From: Scenedesmus sp. PABB004
Taxonomy: Eukaryota
Assembly: GCA_014905635.1 (NCBI GenBank)
Contig: JABVCE010000007.1
Coordinates: forward strand, 620,001-684,000
Reading direction: 5' to 3'
Length of the DNA stretch: 64,000 nt
Shown here: piece after piece, positions 58,501 to 64,000 of the stretch
Numbering within the stretch: the first letter of the stretch is position 1
Layout: each line of letters begins with the position of its first letter
The notes under the pieces: generated by a model
The model's input: only the letters and a program-made list of their open reading frames with translations
What the model was told of the DNA's origin: nothing
Databases searched by the model: none
Position numbers and translations under genes: made by a program

Positions 58501-60278
58501 CCGCGCCTTGCATCTCCGCGCCGCCTCACCCCCTCCTCCCCGCTCCCGCCCCACCTCCGCTACTGCTGCCGCCGCGCAGCCTCAAGTTCTTCCTCAGCCT
58601 CTACGGCCACAAGCTGCCCGCGCTCACGATGGACATCTCCAGCGACAGCACCCTCCTCGTCACGGGCTCGGCCGACAAGAACATCAAGGCGCGCTCGCCG
58701 CGCGGCGCGCCCGCGGCGCGCGCTCGGCCGCGCGTGCCGGGCCGCGCGCCGGGCCGCCCGAGAGCGCGCGCCGCCGCCGCTTCTCACGCCGCCGCACCGT
58801 CGTCGCCGCAGGTGTGGGGCCTCGACTTTGGCGACTGCCACCGCAGCCTCTTTGCGCACCAGGACACGGTGACAGCTGTTGCCTTTGTGCGCGACACGCA
58901 CTACGCGTTCAGGTGGGCGCGCCCGCCTGGCCGCCCGCGCGCCCCTGCGGCGCGCCCCGCGCGCTGCCCGCCCGCGCGCCGCGGCCGGCCAGCCGACACC
59001 GCGCTGCTCGCGCCGCCGCCGCTGCCGCCGCTGCGTGTGCGCGCCCGCTCAGCGTGTCCAAGGACCGCGCGGTCAAGTACTGGGACCTGGACCGCTTCGA
59101 GCTGCTGCTGGAGCTGCCGGGGCACCACGGCGAGGTGTGGGCGCTCGCGCTGTCGGCCTACGGAGACATCGCGGTCACCGGTGCGCGCCGCCGACCTCCC
59201 CGCCGCTGCGCCGCCGCGCTGGGCTGTCCCGCCGCGCGCAGCGCCGGCCCGGGGCGCCCGCCGGCGGGCGGCACCGCCGACGCGCCGGCGCGCGCGCCCG
59301 TGCACGCGTGGCGCGGCAGGCTCGCACGACCGCTCGATCCGGCGCTGGGAGCGCACGAGCGAGCCGTTCTTTGTGGAGGAGGAGAAGGAGCGGCGCCTGG
59401 AGAGCCTGTTCGAGGCAGACCTGGAGTCGCAGCAGGCGCGCGCGCAGCGCGAGGGCGCGTCGGGCGCGCTCGTGCTGGGGCCGGAGGGCGCGACGTTTGG
59501 CGCGCCCGGCGACGGTGGCGACAGCGGCGACGGCGGCGCCGCTGCGCCCGCGGGGCGGCGCACGATCGAGAGCGTCTCGGCGGCGGACGCGATCGTGGAC
59601 GCGCTCGACGTCGCGGCGCACGAGGCCGAGAAGGAGGCCGAGCACGCTGCGGCGCTCGCCGCAGCGGCCAAGGGCGGCGGCGGCGGCGGCGCGGCGCCGA
59701 AGCGCCCGCCGGCCAACCCGCTGATGCTCGGCCTGCCGGCCGACGCGTACGTGCTGCGCGCGGTGTCGGGCGTGCGCGCGAACGACCTCGAGCAGGCCCT
59801 GCTGCTGCTGCCCTTCAACGACGCGCTGCGCCTGCTGGCGTGGGTGTCGGGCTGGCTGGCAAAGGGCGCGCAGGTGCGCGCGCGGCGCCGCGGCGCGGGC
59901 CCCGGCCGCGCGGCGCGCAGCGCGCAGCGCTGCGCGGGCGCCGCGTGCCGCCCGCGCGTGCGCCGCCCATCCGCCGCCCGCCGGCCGCGCGTGCCGCCGC
60001 GCGCGCCGCAGGTGGAGCTCAGCTGCCGCGTCGCGACGCTGTTGCTGCGGCTGCACCACGCCCAGCTCACGACGACGCCGGCGGCGCGCGCGACGCTCGT
60101 CGGCCTGCACACGCGGCTGCGCGGCGCGGTGATGGGCCTGCGCGACGTGCTGGGGTTCAACATCGCCGGCCTGCGCTTCCTGCAGCGCGCCACCAAGGAG
60201 TCGGCGGGCGTGGAGGACGACGCCGCGGTGCTCTCGGCGCGGCGGCAGCTCCTCGCCGGCGGAGACGCCGCGGTCTAG
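55525..60278 (+). CDS. WDR3: WD40-repeat SSU processome protein WDR3/UTP12/DIP2
   Basis: MVKAYLRYE start. WD repeats GHTGAVT, GHRDAIT, GHRSDVR, LSLYGHKLP and [34 protein letters not shown]. Utp12 domain DLEQALLLLPF...GFNIAGL. Confidence 0.93.
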
Positions 60279-60451
60279 GGCGCAGCGCGACGGCGGCGGA
60301 CCGCAGCGGTGTCGCCCGGCCTGGGTAACCCGCCTCACACCCCGCACCCCGCTGACCAGGGGCAGCGCGCGCCGCTGCGTCGCTGGCGGCGGCAGCGGCA
60401 GCGGCAGGTTGCGCGCCCGCCGCCGCAGCAGCTCGCCGTCGCGCCTGCGCA

Positions 60452-63400
60452 ATGGCGCGCGCCGTGCTGCAGCTCACCGTAGCTCTGGTCCTGCTGGTGG
60501 CGCTGGGCGGTGCCGGGGCTGCTGGAGCTGCTGGCGCCGGCGGCGGCATCCCCGACATCAGCGGCGGCGCCTGCGCGCGCGACCTGGAGAGGTACTGCGT
60601 CCACTCCGCAGACGAGGTGCGTCTGGCTGGCGGACTGGTGGCCGGGGCGGCGGCGCTGCCGCCGGCGGCCGCGGGTGGAGGCGTGGACCGCGCGTCACCG
60701 GCAGCTGCGCTGCTGCTGCCAACCGCCGCCGCTGCCAACCGCCGCCGCTGCCCGCGCGGCCGCTGCGCAGAAGGGAGCTGCAGCGGCGACGGGGCCGGGG
60801 CCGGGGCCGGGCGCCGCATCGGCGACAGGGCAGGGGCCGCCTGGCGCCGGCCAGGGCCGGCGGCGCCTGGCCGACGCCGCGGTGGCGGCGGCGGCGGCGC
60901 CGGAGCGCGAGAACGAGGCGGCGGCGCTGGAGCTGCTGGCGGCGCGGTTCAACGTCACGCTGCCGCGCCCGCTCGACCGCGCCGCGCTGCTCGACGGCCC
61001 CCGCAACGCGCGCTGCCTGCGCCGCGCGCTGCTGCACCCCGCGTCGTTCGCGGCGGGCGCACCGTACGGGTCGGAGGTGCTGCTGCCGGCGTGCGCCGCC
61101 GAGGTGTGGCGCTTCTTCGTCGCGCTCGCCGCCGACAGCGCGGCCGACCTGCAGCTGCTTGCTGCGTGCGCCGAGGACGCGGTCAAGCACTGCACAGCCA
61201 CGCCCTCCACGGCGCTGCTCCCCTGCCTCGCGCGGCGGCGGCCGGCGCTGAAGCGCTACTGCGCCGCCGCGGTCGGCAGCCGCGCCGCGGCGGCGGCGGG
61301 CCTGCTGGCGTGGGACCAGGACCTCGCGGCGCACTGCACGGCCGACGCGCGGCACTTTTGCGCCGCCGAGCTCGAGAGCGACGAGCGCCTGCCCGCGGCG
61401 GGGAACCACGCGCTCGGCTGCATCCGCGCGCGCGCGGCGCGCGAGCTCGAGGCGGGACTCGTCCTCGCCGGCGAGCCGGCCGAGGCAGTGGCCGCGGCGG
61501 TCGCGGCCGCGACCGAGGCGGTGGACGACGCCGTGACCTACGGCGCGCGCCGGCGGTCGCTGCGCGGCGGCGGCGCCGCCGACGCGGGTGGCGGTGACGC
61601 GCCGCCGGAGTGGGCGGAGGGCCGCCTGAGCCGGCGCTGCGCCCAGGCGATGTTCCGGCGGCAGGCGCGCGCGGCGCGTGCGGCGCGCCGGCGGCGCCGC
61701 CCGCGCGCTGCCTCGCCCGACGCCGTCCCGCTGCCGCCGTTGCCGCCGCCGGCTGCCGCCGCCGGCTGCCGCGGCCGGTCGCAGATGCTGGAGGGCGAGG
61801 ACGTGCGCTTCAGCTACGACCTCTCCCGAGGCTGCGCGCAGGAGCTGTCAGCGTTTTGCGCGGGCGCGGCCGACGCGCTCTCCTGCCTCGAGCGCCAGGC
61901 GGACAGCTGGGAGCTGGGCGAGGAGTGCATGGCGGCGGTGCAGGAGTCGCAGCTGCTGCGCGCCGCCGACGCGCGCCTCGACTCGCGCCTGCGCGAGCTC
62001 TGCCGCGCCGACGCGCGAGCGCTGTGCGCCCGCGACGCGGCGGCCGCGGGCGGGCTGTCGCCCTCGCTGCTGCTTGACGACTGGGAGGCGCCGCCGCTCG
62101 CGGGCGGCAACGTCACGATGTGCCTGCGCCGGCAGGCGTCCGACATCGAGAGCGAGCCCTGCCGGCGCCACGTGCTCGCCTGGACGAAGCGCACGTTTGC
62201 AAACGCGCTCCTCGACCCGCCGCTGCTGCAGGTGCGGGGGATCTGTCTAAACCCAAACCCCGGGCGCCGCGGCCGCGCTGGGCCGCCGCGCACCAGGCCC
62301 CCGCTCACCGCGCCGCCGCCGCTCGCGGCGCGGCGCGGCCCTGCCGCAGGCGTGCGCCGCCAACATCTCCACCCACTGCATGAACCCCGCCGAGGCGCTG
62401 GTCTGCCTCAAGGGCATGCTCGGCGCGGGCCTGCCCGTGGCGCCGGCGTGCGGCGACGTGCTGCGCGCGCGGCTGCTCGAGGCCGCGGGTGCGTGCCTGG
62501 GGGAGGCCGGGGGGCTGCCCGCTGCCAGCCGTCGCTGCGCGCGCGGCGCCTCGCGCAGAGGCCGTGCGGCACGCGCCCCGCCCGCACGCTGTGCGCAGAC
62601 AACTATGATCTGCTGCCAGAGGTCTCGGCCGCGTGCGCCGCCGAGCGGCGCGCGTTCTGCGAGGGCGTGCCGCCCGCCGGCGTGCTCGACTGCCTGACCG
62701 ACTCGAAAGACCACGAGCGGTTTGGCGAGAGCTGCAGGCGCGCGCGGGGCAGCCTGGGGGCGCGCTGCCGCGTCCGGCGCCGGCGCCTGGCCGGCGCTAA
62801 GGCCCCCCCCTCCGCCTCCATCCCCGCCGCCGCCGTCGCGTCGGAATGCAGGGAGGCGTTGACGGGGCAGCTTCTCGTCGCGGTCAGCGACATCCGACTC
62901 CTCACCTCCCTGCACCGCGCGTGCGCGCCCGCGGCGGCCGCGCTCTGCCCCGGCATCTCCCCCGGCGACGGGCGCATTATCGAGTGCCTGCAGCGCCGCG
63001 CGGACGAGGTCGACAGCGCGCCGTGCCGCCGCCAGCTGCTGCGGCTGCAGGGCTTTGCCGCGCACGACTACAGGCTGGACGCCACGCTGCGCGCGGTGTG
63101 TGTGCGCGCGCGGCACGCGGCGCCGGGCGCGCCGGCGAGGCGCGGCCGGCGCGCCCGAGCCCCCGGCCCCCGCGCCCGAGCCGCCGCCGCCGCCGCGCCC
63201 GGCGCGCAGGCGTGCGCCGCCGACGTCGCCGCGCACTGCGCGCACGTCGTGCCGGGCGACGGCCGGGTGCACACCTGCCTGCGGTCGCACGAGGCCGCGC
63301 TCTCGCCGGCCTGCCTGGCCAAGGCTCAGGAGGCGGAGGCGCGGGAGCATGGCGAGGTGTCGATCAACCCGGTCATACGAGAGTGAGTACGCGCGGCCGG

Positions 63401-64000
63401 CCGGCGGGCCCCGCTGGCTGCGCAGCGAAACCGCGGGCGGGCGCGGTCCCGGGCGTCAGGTCGTCATGTGGTCCTGAACCGCGGCACCACGCCGCCGCGC
63501 CGCCGCAGGGCGTGCGGGCCGAGCATCTCATCGCTCTGCGGCGCGCTGTCCGGCCGCTCGATCGCCCAGCTCGCGCCCTGCCTCGCGAGGCACGCCGCGG
63601 ACGACGCGCTGCCGGCGCGCTGCAGGGTCGCGCTCGCCGGCGCGCTCGCGCGCAGGCGGCAAAAGATCACGCTGCAGCCCGCGCTGCGCAAGGCGTGCGG
63701 CGGGGACGTGTCACGGCTGTGCCGCGGGCCCGGCGCCGGCGGCGGCGCGCGGCGTGCGCGCGCGCGCGCCGCCCGAGCGCTGCAGCAGCGCGTCGGGGCG
63801 GTGCAGGACGACGCCGGGGGCGGGGGTGGCGGCGGCGCTGCCGACGCGGAGCTCGTGTGCCTGGCGGCCAACCCGGCCGCGCTGAGCGCGGGCTGCAAGG
63901 CCGAGCTGGCGGCCGAGGCGCACCGGCAGCTGCTGCTCTACATCCCTGGCTCCCCGGTCACGGCCGGCTGCGACGCGGACGCGCGCAAGCTCTGCGGCGC
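60452..64000 (+). CDS. Golgi apparatus protein 1 (GLG1)-like cysteine-rich repeat protein, truncated by the window end
   Basis: Signal peptide MARAVLQLTVALVLLV. Repeats DARLDSRLRELCRADARALC, ISPGDGRIIECLQ, DYRLDATL and VVPGDGRVHTCLRSH. Confidence 0.78.

Overview
Eukaryotic, extremely GC-rich, intron-dense DNA. By gene content and intron style it is most likely a chlorophyte green alga, possibly Sphaeropleales/Selenastraceae-like (inference). About 21 compact protein-coding genes are present, most broken by ~100-180 nt introns with GT and often GC donors, so most long ORFs in the track are GC artefacts or exon-intron read-throughs. Host genes include an alpha/beta hydrolase, a GBP1-like double-RRM protein, an HNH-like protein, a HAD-methyltransferase fusion, a SIP-type aquaporin, a flavin amine oxidoreductase, a secreted Cys-rich repeat protein, a GYF+PIN (SWT1-like) nuclease, an ARIADNE RBR ligase, a Kazal/jacalin/trypsin protease, DNAJC3/P58IPK, NKAP, WDR3/UTP12 and a GLG1-like gene cut by the window end. 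The standout locus is 9123-16690. It holds a spliced Fanzor1 (eukaryotic TnpB-derived RNA-guided nuclease) with intact RuvC D/E/D residues and zinc finger. In my gene model it is fused N-terminally to a CtIP/Sae2 C-terminal domain and an OTU-like protease domain (~2,240 aa, needing one indel in a G18 run). It is followed by ~600 nt of dense hairpins, a candidate omegaRNA/right end. No transposase or clear element ends are visible. Gene coordinates are start-to-stop spans including introns and were read by eye.
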